From Sinorhizobium meliloti (lineage in GTDB: Bacteria; Pseudomonadota; Alphaproteobacteria; Rhizobiales; Rhizobiaceae): a stretch of DNA of 32,000 nt. The notes below the pieces were generated by a model, which worked only from the letters and a program-made list of their open reading frames with translations, was not told the DNA's origin and did not search any database. How positions within the stretch are numbered: position 1 is the stretch's first letter; each line of letters opens with the position of its first letter. Below, one piece after another: positions 8,031 through 17,742 of this stretch. Both the position numbers and the translations under genes were made by a program. The stretch covers positions 1,950,001 through 1,982,000 of the forward strand of contig NZ_JAGIOS010000001.1 in the NCBI RefSeq assembly GCF_017876815.1, written 5' to 3'.

Positions 8031-11000
8031 GGTTCGCGCATTTCTTTGTCGACAGACCGATCTTCGCATCGGTGCTATCGATCGTTCTGCTGATCGTCGG
8101 CAGCATCGCCTATTTTCAGCTTCCGGTGGCGCAGTATCCGGAGATCGCACCGCCAACCATCGTCGTGCGCGCCTCCTATCCGGGCGCGGATGCGGAGACC
8201 GTCGCCAATACCGTTGCTACCCCGCTCGAGCAGGAGATCAACGGCGTGGAGAACATGCTCTACATGTCCTCCTATGCCACCGCTGACGGTTCGATGGCGC
8301 TGACGATCACCTTCAAGCTCGGGACCGATCTCGATCAGGCACAGGTGCTGGTGCAGAATCGTGTTTCGATCGCCGAGCCCCGGCTTCCCGAGGAAGTCCG
8401 GCGCATCGGCGTCACCACGACGAAGAGCTCGCCGGATCTGATGATGGTCGTTCATCTGCTTTCGCCGAACGACCGCTACGACCAGCTTTATGTTTCCAAC
8501 TACGCCCGCACGCGCATCCGCGACATATTGGTCCGGCTGGACGGAGTCGGCGACGTTCTTCTTTTCGGCGAGCGTGAATATGCGCTGCGCATCTGGCTCG
8601 ACCCGCAGAAGCTCTCCGCCTACGGCATGACCGCAGGCGATGTCGTTTCCGCGCTGCGCGAGCAGAACGTCCAGGTCTCGGGCGGCTCCATCGGTGGTCC
8701 GCCGATGTCGAGCGACAGCGCCTTTCAGTATACGGTGACCACCGACGGCCGCTTCAGCGACGCTCGTCAGTTCCGCTACGTCATCGTCAAAGCGACCGAA
8801 GAAGGCAGGCTCGTCCAGTTGCAGGACGTCGCCCGCATCGAGCTCGGTGCGCGCGAATACGTGACCAACAGCTATCTCAACGGCAGCCCCGCCGTCGCGC
8901 TCGGCATCTTCTCCCGCCCCGGCAGCAATGCGCTCGCTGCGGCCGATGCGATCCAGGCGACGATGACCGAACTTTCGCGAGATTTTCCCGAAGGACTCGA
9001 ATACAGGATCATCTACAATCCGACGGAATTCATCTCGGAATCCATCGACGAGGTCTACAAGACCATTGCGGAAGCCGCGCTTCTCGTCGCCCTGGTCGTG
9101 ATCGTGTTCCTGCAGTCGTGGCGCACGGCGATCATTCCCATCGTCGCCATCCCCGTTTCGCTCGTCGGCACATTCGCGCTTCTCTATGCCTTCGGTTTTT
9201 CGCTGAACATGCTGACGCTTTTCGGTCTGGTCCTCGCGATCGGCATCGTGGTCGACGACGCGATCGTCGTTGTCGAGAACGTCGAGCGCAACCTCGCGCG
9301 CGGGATGACGCCGCGCGAGGCGGCGCATGTGACGATGGACGAGGTGGGCGCCGCGGTTATCGCGATCTCGCTCGTCCTGACGGCTGTGTTCGTGCCGACC
9401 GCGTTCATTCCCGGTATTGCCGGGCAGTTCTACCTGCAATTCGCGGTGACGATCGCAGTCGCGACGGTGATCTCCGCGGTCAATTCCCTGACGCTCTCGC
9501 CGGCGCTTGCCGCAATCCTGTTGCGGCCGCACGAGAACCACGACCATGAGAGCCGCAATCCCCTGACGCGGCTCGGCCGCGGGTTTGCCAACGGCTTCAA
9601 CCGCGGCTTCGACCGCATGGCCGATGGCTATGCATGGACGGTGCGCCACCTCGTCAGGACGCGGATCGCGCTGGCCGGGGCGCTCCTCGTCTTCGTCGCC
9701 CTGCTCGGAGCCACCTGGTACATGGCGCAGGTCGTGCCCCGCGGCTTCATACCCACGATGGACCAGGGCTATGCCATCGTCGTCATTCAGCTTCCGGACG
9801 GCGCCTCTCTCGAGCGCACCGATAAGGTCGTCCGGCGGGCCTCGGAGATGATCCGCGAGGTACCCGGCGTCAAGGATGCAGTCGCCTTTGCCGGTTTCAA
9901 CGGCGCGACCTTCACCAATGCATCCAATTCCGGCGTGATCTTCACGCCCTTCGACAGCTTCGAGGAACGCCTCGAGCAAAAGCAGAGTGCTGAACAGATC
10001 ATCGGCCAGATCTTCGGTGCCATGCAAGGCATTCAGGAGGCTTTCATCATCGCCGTTCCGCCACCCTCCGTGCGAGGCATCGGCAATTCGGGCGGCTTCA
10101 AGATGCAGATCATGGACCGGCAGAGCGCCGACATGCGCCGCGCGCTCGGGCTCGCCTATCAGATGATGGGAGCGGCCAACCAGACGGAGGGGCTGACCGG
10201 CGTCTTCACCACATTCACGGCCTCCAGCCCGCAATTCTTCCTGGCGATCGACCGCGACAAGGCGCGGGCCCTGAACGTCCCGATCCCCAATATCTTCGAG
10301 ACGCTCTCGATCAATCTGGGGACGTCCTACGTCAACGATTTCAACGCCTTCGGCCGCGTCTATCAGGTCCGCGCCCAGGCCGACCAGCAATTCCGGCTGG
10401 AGCGGGAGGACATACTCGCGCTCAAGGTACGCTCCGCCTCGGGCGCCCTGGTGCCGCTCGGAACGCTCGTCGAAATCCGCGATACGAGCGGACCGGCGCT
10501 CGTCCAGCGCTACAACATGTATGTTTCGGTCCCCGTTCAGGGCAATCCCGCGCCGGGCGTCTCGACGGGCAGCGCCCTCGACAAGATGGAAGCGCTTGCA
10601 GGTCAGATCCTGCCGCAGGGCACGACCTTCGAATGGACGGAACTCGCTTTGCAGGAGCGCCAGACCGGCAACACTGCGGTCTTCATCTTCGCTCTTTCGG
10701 TGGTCTTCGTCTTCCTGGCGCTCTCGGCGCAATATGAAAGCTGGGTGCTGCCGCTGGCCATCATCCTGATCGTGCCGCTTGCCGTCCTCGCGGCACTTCT
10801 CGGCGTTTCGATCCGGGGCTTCGACAACAATGTGCTGACCCAGATCGGGCTCATCGTCCTTATCGGTCTTGCCGCCAAGAACGCGATCCTCATCGTGGAA
10901 TTCGCCCGCCAGGGCGAGGAGGAGGGCAAGACGCCGATCGAGGCGGCGATCGATGCGAGCCGGCTCAGGCTGCGGCCGATCCTGATGACCGCTTTCGCCT

Positions 11001-11203
11001 TCATTCTCGGCGTCGTGCCACTGGTCATCGCCACGGGGCCCGGCGCCGAAATGCGCCAGTCTCTCGGTACCGCGGTCTTTGCCGGCATGCTCGGGGTCAC
11101 CTTCCTCGGCCTGTTCCTGACGCCGGTCTTCTACGTGGCCCTGCGCTCCCTGCGCCGCAAGCCCGCACCGGCGGCTGTGCCGGCGCCGGCGCCGGGAGAG
11201 TGA
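8027..11203 (+). CDS. RND multidrug/hydrophobe efflux permease (AcrB/MexF-like inner-membrane pump)
   Basis: 1058 aa with the N-terminus MRFAHFFVDRPIFASVLSIVLLIVG. It has two large periplasmic loops and about 12 hydrophobic segments, typical of HAE1 pumps. It is translationally coupled to the adaptor gene. Confidence 0.95.
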   Translation: MRFAHFFVDRPIFASVLSIVLLIVGSIAYFQLPVAQYPEIAPPTIVVRASYPGADAETVANTVATPLEQEINGVENMLYMSSYATADGSMALTITFKLGTDLDQAQVLVQNRVSIAEPRLPEEVRRIGVTTTKSSPDLMMVVHLLSPNDRYDQLYVSNYARTRIRDILVRLDGVGDVLLFGEREYALRIWLDPQKLSAYGMTAGDVVSALREQNVQVSGGSIGGPPMSSDSAFQYTVTTDGRFSDARQFRYVIVKATEEGRLVQLQDVARIELGAREYVTNSYLNGSPAVALGIFSRPGSNALAAADAIQATMTELSRDFPEGLEYRIIYNPTEFISESIDEVYKTIAEAALLVALVVIVFLQSWRTAIIPIVAIPVSLVGTFALLYAFGFSLNMLTLFGLVLAIGIVVDDAIVVVENVERNLARGMTPREAAHVTMDEVGAAVIAISLVLTAVFVPTAFIPGIAGQFYLQFAVTIAVATVISAVNSLTLSPALAAILLRPHENHDHESRNPLTRLGRGFANGFNRGFDRMADGYAWTVRHLVRTRIALAGALLVFVALLGATWYMAQVVPRGFIPTMDQGYAIVVIQLPDGASLERTDKVVRRASEMIREVPGVKDAVAFAGFNGATFTNASNSGVIFTPFDSFEERLEQKQSAEQIIGQIFGAMQGIQEAFIIAVPPPSVRGIGNSGGFKMQIMDRQSADMRRALGLAYQMMGAANQTEGLTGVFTTFTASSPQFFLAIDRDKARALNVPIPNIFETLSINLGTSYVNDFNAFGRVYQVRAQADQQFRLEREDILALKVRSASGALVPLGTLVEIRDTSGPALVQRYNMYVSVPVQGNPAPGVSTGSALDKMEALAGQILPQGTTFEWTELALQERQTGNTAVFIFALSVVFVFLALSAQYESWVLPLAIILIVPLAVLAALLGVSIRGFDNNVLTQIGLIVLIGLAAKNAILIVEFARQGEEEGKTPIEAAIDASRLRLRPILMTAFAFILGVVPLVIATGPGAEMRQSLGTAVFAGMLGVTFLGLFLTPVFYVALRSLRRKPAPAAVPAPAPGE

Positions 11204-11375
11204 GGAGACCAGGTGCATCGGCAATGACGTAATTGTGAGCGGTTGTCCGTCGTTAGACGCTGGACGCGATCATGACCTTGAATGATCCTGCCTGCCGCCC
11301 GGCATGAGCGGCAACGCGGGATGCGGGCGGAATGAGAGAGCAAGTTTTTCATCCCGCATATGTGAGAGGTGAAGG

Positions 11376-12209
11376 ATGCTGCTGCGATACCTTGCCTACA
11401 CCCTGACCGTCATCTGGCTCATCCATGCGCTCTGGCCGACACCGGCTCACGCGCAGCAGGCGAAAGCCCATGTGAGCCAATGCCAGGCGATCGCGGCAGC
11501 CACGCCGGCGGCGACGTTCGCCAGCTTCTCGGCCGCCGATGCCACTCCGGTGGCGTCGGCCGACACGAGCGAGGTGACGATCACCTTTCTCGGCCATTCG
11601 ACCTTCCTGATCGAAACGCCGGGCGGGGTTTCGATCGCCACGGACTACAACGGCTGGTTCCGGACCCCATCGCCGCCTACGGTGGTGACGATGAACAGGG
11701 CCCATTCCAGCCACTACACCCTGGCGCCTGATCCGGCGATCGCGCATGTCCTGCATGGCTGGGGCGACAATGGCGAGCCGGCGGATCATGACCTCGTCGT
11801 CGGCGACGCCTATATCCGCAATGTGACGACGGATATCCGTTCAGGCTTCGAGGGCATGGAACGGGACGGCAATTCGATCTTCATTTTCGAGATTGCCGGG
11901 CTCTGTATCGGCCATCTCGGCCATCTGCACCACGAGCTCGACGAAAGCCATTACCGGCAGATCGGCCGGCTCGACGTGCTCATGGTGCCGGTGGACGGCG
12001 GGCTGACGATGGGCGCGGAGAGCATGAGCCGTGTCGTCTCGCGGCTGCGCTCGGCGCTGATCCTGCCGATGCACAGGCCGATGACCAACGACTTTCTGGC
12101 GATGTTCGGCGATGACTTCGACAAGCGCTTCGCCACGGAGCCTTCCGTGAAGGTGTCGCTGCGTTCCCTGCCGAGCAGACCGCTCATCTATGTCCTGCAG
12201 GGCGTTTGA
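11376..12209 (+). CDS. secreted MBL-fold (beta-lactamase-fold, Lactamase_B_3-like) protein
   Basis: GAGAGGTGAAGG Shine-Dalgarno. Signal peptide MLLRYLAYTLTVIWLIHALWPTPAHA-QQ. The ITFLGHSTFLIETPGGVSIATDY motif is typical of COG2220-type MBL-fold proteins. No canonical HxHxDH motif was seen (see findings). Confidence 0.7.
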   Translation: MLLRYLAYTLTVIWLIHALWPTPAHAQQAKAHVSQCQAIAAATPAATFASFSAADATPVASADTSEVTITFLGHSTFLIETPGGVSIATDYNGWFRTPSPPTVVTMNRAHSSHYTLAPDPAIAHVLHGWGDNGEPADHDLVVGDAYIRNVTTDIRSGFEGMERDGNSIFIFEIAGLCIGHLGHLHHELDESHYRQIGRLDVLMVPVDGGLTMGAESMSRVVSRLRSALILPMHRPMTNDFLAMFGDDFDKRFATEPSVKVSLRSLPSRPLIYVLQGV

Positions 12210-12325
12210 GGACCGCTGCAGCGCATTTCCCGCCTCCTGAAAACACGACGCGACTGCTGGACTGGACGCGGCAATGAAACTATAAGGCGCCCGATCTCAC
12301 CAAAATCACGCATGCAGAGGGCGTC

Positions 12326-13072
12326 ATGGCTGGCCATTCACAGTTCAAGAACATCATGCACCGCAAGGGCCGTCAGGATGCGGTGCGCTCCAAAATGTTT
12401 TCCAAGCTCGCGCGCGAAATCACCGTCGCAGCAAAAACCGGTCTTCCCGACCCGACGATGAATCCGCGTCTGCGTCTGGCGATCCAGAACGCCAAGGCGC
12501 AGTCGATGCCGAAGGACAATATCGAGCGCGCGGTCAAGAAGGCTGCGGGCGGCGATGCCGAGAATTACGAAGAAGTCCGCTACGAGGGCTACGGCCCGGG
12601 CGGCGTCGCGGTCATCGTCGAGGCGCTGACGGACAACCGCAACCGCACCGCCTCCAACGTACGATCCACCTTCACCAAGGCGGGCGGAGCGCTCGGCGAA
12701 ACCGGTTCGGTTTCCTTCTCCTTCGATCGCGTCGGTGAAATCACCTACAAGCTTTCCGCCGGCGACGCCGACAAGGTCATGGAAGCCGCGATCGAAGCGG
12801 GTGCCGACGACGTCGAGACGGATGAGGAAGGCCACACGATCACCTGCGGTTTCGAGGATATCGGCGAGGTGTCGAAGGCCCTCGAAGGCGCGCTCGGCGA
12901 GGCGGAGACCGTGAAGGCGGTCTGGAAGCCGCAGAATACCGTGCCGGTCGACGAGGAAAAGGCACAGTCGCTGATGAAGCTCATCGACAATCTCGAAGAC
13001 GACGACGATGTCCAGAACGTCTACTCGAACTTCGAGGTTTCCGACGAGGTCCTGGCGAAGCTTTCGGCCTGA
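12326..13072 (+). CDS. yebC: YebC/PmpR-family DNA-binding transcriptional regulator
   Basis: [37 protein letters not shown] is the invariant YebC N-terminus. The length is 248 aa. Confidence 0.95.
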   Translation: MAGHSQFKNIMHRKGRQDAVRSKMFSKLAREITVAAKTGLPDPTMNPRLRLAIQNAKAQSMPKDNIERAVKKAAGGDAENYEEVRYEGYGPGGVAVIVEALTDNRNRTASNVRSTFTKAGGALGETGSVSFSFDRVGEITYKLSAGDADKVMEAAIEAGADDVETDEEGHTITCGFEDIGEVSKALEGALGEAETVKAVWKPQNTVPVDEEKAQSLMKLIDNLEDDDDVQNVYSNFEVSDEVLAKLSA

Positions 13073-13088
13073 GGAGAGGAAGGGTACC

Positions 13089-13227
13089 CCCCTCTGGCCT
13101 GCCGGCCATCTCCCCCGCAAGGGGGGAGATCGGCAAGCGGCGATGTTCCACTCAATTCAATTAGGCAGCGTGCACGCACTGCGTTCACCGTCGGGCAGGA
13201 CGGGAGATGCCCGGCAGGGCAGAGGGG
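13089..13227. repeat. composite palindromic intergenic element (RIME/REP-like) at the yebC / LLM convergent junction
   Basis: 26-nt arms CCCCTCTGGCCTGCCGGCCATCTCCC (13089-13114) and GGGAGATGCCCGGCAGGGCAGAGGGG (13202-13227) are inverted repeats matching at 24/26 positions. An internal 9-bp hairpin ATCTCCCCC-GCAAG-GGGGGAGAT lies at 13108-13130, and there is a perfect 10-bp palindrome GCGTGCACGC. Confidence 0.7.
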
Positions 13228-13255
13228 GCGTATCGGGCCGGTTGGATCAGAGCAC

Positions 13256-14245
13256 TCAACCCGTTCTTCGGACCCCGCCGAAAAGCTTCACCGAACGCAA
13301 CCGCGCTTCCATGTCGAAGATCGGCATTGAGACGATCAGCTCGTCCGCCCTGGTGAGATCCACAAATGCCTCGATCTTTCGGCGGATCGTCTCGGGGCCG
13401 CCGACCACCGCGTAGCTCATTGCGTGGTCGACGAAAATCTTCTCGTCCTGGCTCCAGAGGCCGTCCATCGATTTGACCGGCGGCGGGAAGCGCCCGCGCG
13501 CATTGCGGCGAAGCGCGACGAAGGATTGCTGCATGGAGGTGAAGAGGTGGTTCGCCTCCTCGTCCGTGTCCGCTGCGACGCCCATGACGCCCACCATGAC
13601 ATGCGGCTTGTCGAGCTGTGGCGACGGGGTGAAGCGCTCGCGGTATATTTCGAGCGCGGAAAGCAGCATGTCCGGCGCGAAATGCGAGGCGAAGGCGAAG
13701 GGAAGGCCGAGCATGCCGGCGAGATGGGCGCTGAAATGGCTCGAACCGAGCAGCCAGATCGGCACGTTCGAATCCGCGCCCGGAACGGCGATGATCTTCT
13801 GGTCTTCGGTCGCCGGGCCGAGCAGCGCCTGCAGTTCCACGACATCGTTGGGGAAATTGTTGGCGCTCGCCTCCATGTTGCGGCGGAGCGCCTGCGCCGT
13901 TCTCATGTCCGTGCCGGGCGCGCGGCCGAGGCCGAGATCGATGCGGCCGGGGTAAAGCGCCGCAAGCGTGCCGAATTGCTCGGCGATGACGAGCGGTGAA
14001 TGGTTGGGCAGCATGATGCCACCTGAGCCGACGCGGATCGTCCGCGTGGCCGAAGCCACATGCGAAATCACGAGAGACGTCGCGGCGCTGGCAATGCCCT
14101 TCATGCCATGGTGTTCGGCCAGCCAGAAGCGCTGATAGCCATTCTCCTCCGCCGCGATTGCCAGCCGCTGCGAATTTTCGAGCGACTCTGCGATGCTGCC
14201 CCCTTCGGTGATCGGCGACAGGTCGAGAATGGAAAAGGGGATCAT
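13256..14245 (-). CDS. LLM-class flavin-dependent oxidoreductase (luciferase-like monooxygenase, YhbW-like)
   Basis: 329 aa. [17 protein letters not shown]...[25 protein letters not shown] is characteristic of this family. Confidence 0.85.
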   Translation of the reverse strand: MIPFSILDLSPITEGGSIAESLENSQRLAIAAEENGYQRFWLAEHHGMKGIASAATSLVISHVASATRTIRVGSGGIMLPNHSPLVIAEQFGTLAALYPGRIDLGLGRAPGTDMRTAQALRRNMEASANNFPNDVVELQALLGPATEDQKIIAVPGADSNVPIWLLGSSHFSAHLAGMLGLPFAFASHFAPDMLLSALEIYRERFTPSPQLDKPHVMVGVMGVAADTDEEANHLFTSMQQSFVALRRNARGRFPPPVKSMDGLWSQDEKIFVDHAMSYAVVGGPETIRRKIEAFVDLTRADELIVSMPIFDMEARLRSVKLFGGVRRTG

Positions 14246-14413
14246 GGCGAGGCTTTCAATTAAGAGAAATTGATCTTCCGCAATGTAGGTTCAAGTTTCC
14301 TTACGCCAAGGGTGCCCCGGCGCTTTTAGGCAGCACGCCACCATTTCTGTGCAATGTTTTTGTTTTGTTCACTTTTTGCTGGCAGCGTCCCGCCGACCGA
14401 AATAGGGTGAAGC

Positions 14414-14926
14414 ATGCAGAATACGATTCGCATCATCGGCATCGATCCGGGCTTGAGGCGCACCGGCTGGGGGGTCATCGAAACGCTCGGCAATTCGCTG
14501 CGTTTCGTCGCTTCCGGCACCGTCACTTCCGATGGCGAGTTGGATCTTGCCTCCCGCCTCTGCCAGTTGCATGACGGGCTTGCCGAGGTGGTGCACGGCT
14601 ACCAGCCGCACGAGGCCGCTGTCGAACAGACCTTCGTCAACAAAGATGCGACCGCCACGCTGAAGCTCGGCCAGGCGCGCGGCATCGCCATGCTGGTGCC
14701 GGCCCGGGCGGGCTTGAGGGTCGCGGAATATGCGCCGAACGCCGTCAAGAAAGCCGTGATCGGCGTCGGCCACGGCGAAAAGCAGCAGATACATATGATG
14801 TTGAAAGTCCTGATGCCCAAGGCCGAGTTCAAAGGCAACGATGCCGCCGACGCGCTCGCCATCGCCATCTGCCACGCCCATAACAGGCAGGCAGTCACGA
14901 GCCGCCTTGCGGCGCTTGCGGGGTAG
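14414..14926 (+). CDS. ruvC: crossover junction endodeoxyribonuclease RuvC
   Basis: [19 protein letters not shown] at the N-terminus and [13 protein letters not shown] near the C-terminus. The length is 170 aa. Confidence 0.95.
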   Translation: MQNTIRIIGIDPGLRRTGWGVIETLGNSLRFVASGTVTSDGELDLASRLCQLHDGLAEVVHGYQPHEAAVEQTFVNKDATATLKLGQARGIAMLVPARAGLRVAEYAPNAVKKAVIGVGHGEKQQIHMMLKVLMPKAEFKGNDAADALAIAICHAHNRQAVTSRLAALAG

Positions 14927-15000
14927 GTCGTGCGAATGAATATGACGGCAAGCGATGCGCCCTCTGGCCGGCAGGTCAAAGGGCGTTGGAGGGCAACCGG

Positions 15001-15618
15001 ATGATTGGCAAGCTCAAGGGCACGATAGACGAGATCGGCGAGGATCACGTGGTTCTCGACGTGCATGGGGTCGGGTATGTCGCCCATTGCTCCGCGCGCA
15101 CGCTCGGAAAGCTCGGAAGCGCTGGAGAGGCGGCCGTACTCTTCATCGAGACCTATGTGCGCGAGGATCAGCTGAAGCTGTTCGGGTTCCTGAGCGCGTT
15201 GGAGCGCGAATGGTTCCGCCTGCTTCAGAGCGTTCAGGGTGTGGGATCCAAGGTGGCGCTGGCGGTGCTCTCCACGCTGACCCCCGGGGAACTCGCCAAT
15301 GCCATCGCCTTGCAGGACAAGACGTCGATCTCGCGCGCGCCGGGCGTGGGTCCGAAAGTTGCCGTGCGCATCGTCACCGAACTCAAGAACAAGGCTCCGG
15401 CCTTCTCCGGCGAGATGGCACCATCGATCGGCCTCAAGCAGGAGCTCGGCGAAGGCGTTGCCGCAGCGCCGGTTGCGGACGCGGTCTCGGCGCTCACCAA
15501 TCTCGGCTATTCGCGAGACCAGGCGGCCAACGCCGTTGCGGCTGCGCTGAAAAACGGCGGGGAGGGCGGCGACAGCGCCAAGCTGATCCGCCTCGGCTTG
15601 AAGGAACTGTCGCGGTGA
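15001..15618 (+). CDS. ruvA: Holliday junction branch migration complex subunit RuvA
   Basis: [26 protein letters not shown], with a GGAGGG Shine-Dalgarno 6 nt upstream of the ATG at 15001. The HhH region [17 protein letters not shown] is present. Confidence 0.95.
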   Translation: MIGKLKGTIDEIGEDHVVLDVHGVGYVAHCSARTLGKLGSAGEAAVLFIETYVREDQLKLFGFLSALEREWFRLLQSVQGVGSKVALAVLSTLTPGELANAIALQDKTSISRAPGVGPKVAVRIVTELKNKAPAFSGEMAPSIGLKQELGEGVAAAPVADAVSALTNLGYSRDQAANAVAAALKNGGEGGDSAKLIRLGLKELSR

Positions 15619-15789
15619 GGAAGCGGCGAGCCTTCCTGCGGCCACAAAAGCATTGGAGTAGAGGGACGCTGGCCGTTCTCGCTGGATTGATCCGGGCGCC
15701 CCAATTATGGTTGAGCGCGGCAGCGGCGGTGACCGGCCTCAACACCGGCACCCCTATGGCCGCGGACAGCCCGAAACGGAAGCAATGAC

Positions 15790-16830
15790 ATGAGCGAAGC
15801 CGCACGTCTGATCGCGCCGGAAAAGCGAGGCGAAGACCTCGATGCGACCATGCGCCCGCAGACGCTCGACGAGTTCACCGGCCAGGCTGAAGCCCGCGCC
15901 AATCTGAAGATCTTCATCGAGGCGGCGCGCAATCGCGGCGAAGCGCTCGACCACGTGCTCTTCGTCGGCCCGCCCGGGCTCGGCAAGACGACGCTGGCGC
16001 AGATCATGGCAAAGGAGCTCGGCGTCAATTTTCGCTCGACTTCCGGCCCGGTGATCGCCAAGGCCGGTGACCTTGCGGCGCTGCTCACCAATCTCGAAGA
16101 GCGCGACGTGCTCTTCATCGATGAAATCCACCGCCTCAATCCGGCCGTCGAGGAAATCCTCTATCCGGCCATGGAGGATTTCCAGCTCGACCTCATCATC
16201 GGCGAGGGGCCGGCGGCCCGTTCGGTGAAGATCGATCTCGCAAAGTTCACCCTCGTGGCGGCGACGACGCGCCTCGGACTGCTGACGACGCCGCTGCGCG
16301 ATCGCTTCGGCATCCCCGTGCGGCTCAATTTCTATACGGTCGAGGAGTTGGAGCTGATCGTCCGGCGTGGCGCGCGGCTGATGGGTCTCGGCATGACCGA
16401 CGAAGGCGCGCGCGAGATTGCCCGCCGGGCGCGCGGAACGCCCCGCATCGCCGGCCGCCTCCTGCGCCGGGTGCGCGACTTCGCCGAGGTCGCACGGGCG
16501 GAGGCCGTGACGCTAAAGATTGCCGACGAGGCGCTGACCCGGCTGCTCGTCGACAGCATGGGTCTCGACCAGCTCGACCGGCGCTATCTGACGATGATCG
16601 CCCAGAATTTCGGCGGCGGGCCGGTGGGGATCGAGACGATCGCCGCCGGGCTTTCCGAGCCGCGCGACGCGATCGAAGACATCATCGAGCCCTATCTGAT
16701 CCAGCAGGGCTTCATCCAGCGCACGCCGCGTGGCCGCGTGCTCACGGCGAATGCTTGGAAGCATCTCGGCCTCAATCCGCCACGGGATGTCGAGGCAAGC
16801 CAATTCCGGCTGACGCTCGAGGACGACTGA
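15790..16830 (+). CDS. ruvB: Holliday junction branch migration DNA helicase RuvB
   Basis: Walker [12 protein letters not shown], Walker [11 protein letters not shown], and [18 protein letters not shown]. The length is 346 aa. Confidence 0.97.
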   Translation: MSEAARLIAPEKRGEDLDATMRPQTLDEFTGQAEARANLKIFIEAARNRGEALDHVLFVGPPGLGKTTLAQIMAKELGVNFRSTSGPVIAKAGDLAALLTNLEERDVLFIDEIHRLNPAVEEILYPAMEDFQLDLIIGEGPAARSVKIDLAKFTLVAATTRLGLLTTPLRDRFGIPVRLNFYTVEELELIVRRGARLMGLGMTDEGAREIARRARGTPRIAGRLLRRVRDFAEVARAEAVTLKIADEALTRLLVDSMGLDQLDRRYLTMIAQNFGGGPVGIETIAAGLSEPRDAIEDIIEPYLIQQGFIQRTPRGRVLTANAWKHLGLNPPRDVEASQFRLTLEDD

Positions 16831-16831
16831 A

Positions 16832-17734
16832 ATGATCACCCGGCGGGGCTTCATGAAGGTCCTCGGCGGTGGATTGGTGAGCGCCGTGGCCCTGGGCAGC
16901 TACGCCTTCGGCATCGAACCGCTTGCGCGTCTGAGGGTGGCCCGCTACGCCCTGACACCACCCGGCTGGAGCCCCGGCCTGAAGCTCCGCCTGGTCGCGC
17001 TCGCGGATGTTCATGCCTGCGAACCCTGGATGTCTGCGCGCCGCATCGCATCCATATGCGAGCGCGCCAACGACCTCGGCGGCGACGTGACGGTCCTTCT
17101 CGGCGACTACGCTTCCGGCATGAATCTCGTGACGCGCTATGTCCATTCGAGCGAGTGGTCGAAGGCGCTTGCCACGCTCAGGGCACCCCTCGGCGTCCAT
17201 GCGATCATGGGAAATCATGATTGGTGGGAAGACAGGACCGCCCAGAAGAGCGGCGGCGGCGATACCTTCGGCCATCGGGCATTGGCCGGCGTCGGCATTC
17301 AGGTGTACGGCAATCGCGCGGTCCGCCTTGAGAAGAGCGGCTTCCCCTTCTGGCTCGCAGGGCTCGAGGACCAGCTTGCGCTCCTGCCGGGACGGAAATG
17401 GAAACGCGCGTGGATGGGCGGACTCGACGATCTCGATGGCACGCTTGCACAGGTGACGGACGAGGCGCCTGTGATACTGCTCGCGCACGAGCCGGATATT
17501 TTTCCGAAGGTGCCCTCGCGGGTGGCATTGACACTATCCGGTCACACGCATGGCGGACAGGTGCGCTTTGCCGGCCATTCGCCCGTCGTGCCATCGCGTT
17601 TCGGCGACCGGTACGCCTATGGTCATATTGTCGAGGGAGATCGCAACCTCATCGTCTCGGGCGGCCTTGGCTGCTCCATCGCACCGATCCGTTTCGGCGT
17701 GCCGCCGGAAATTGTGGTCGTCGATCTCGGATGA
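16832..17734 (+). CDS. Tat-signal metallophosphoesterase (YkuE/YaeI-like calcineurin-fold)
   Basis: Twin-arginine N-terminus MITRRGFMKVLGGGLVSAVALGSYA. Phosphoesterase motifs LADVH, GDY, GNHD and SGHTHGGQ are present. The gene starts 1 nt after the ruvB stop. Confidence 0.8.
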   Translation: MITRRGFMKVLGGGLVSAVALGSYAFGIEPLARLRVARYALTPPGWSPGLKLRLVALADVHACEPWMSARRIASICERANDLGGDVTVLLGDYASGMNLVTRYVHSSEWSKALATLRAPLGVHAIMGNHDWWEDRTAQKSGGGDTFGHRALAGVGIQVYGNRAVRLEKSGFPFWLAGLEDQLALLPGRKWKRAWMGGLDDLDGTLAQVTDEAPVILLAHEPDIFPKVPSRVALTLSGHTHGGQVRFAGHSPVVPSRFGDRYAYGHIVEGDRNLIVSGGLGCSIAPIRFGVPPEIVVVDLG

Positions 17735-17742
17735 CCGGAATT

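Noticed and set aside
11231-11242. AATTGTGAGCGG, a 12-nt identity to the left half of the E. coli lac operator, in the spacer after the RND pump.
   Set aside because: There is no symmetric partner half-site and no LacI-family gene nearby. A single half-site match is most likely coincidence. It would be worth revisiting only if a genome-wide search shows it is part of a conserved palindrome.
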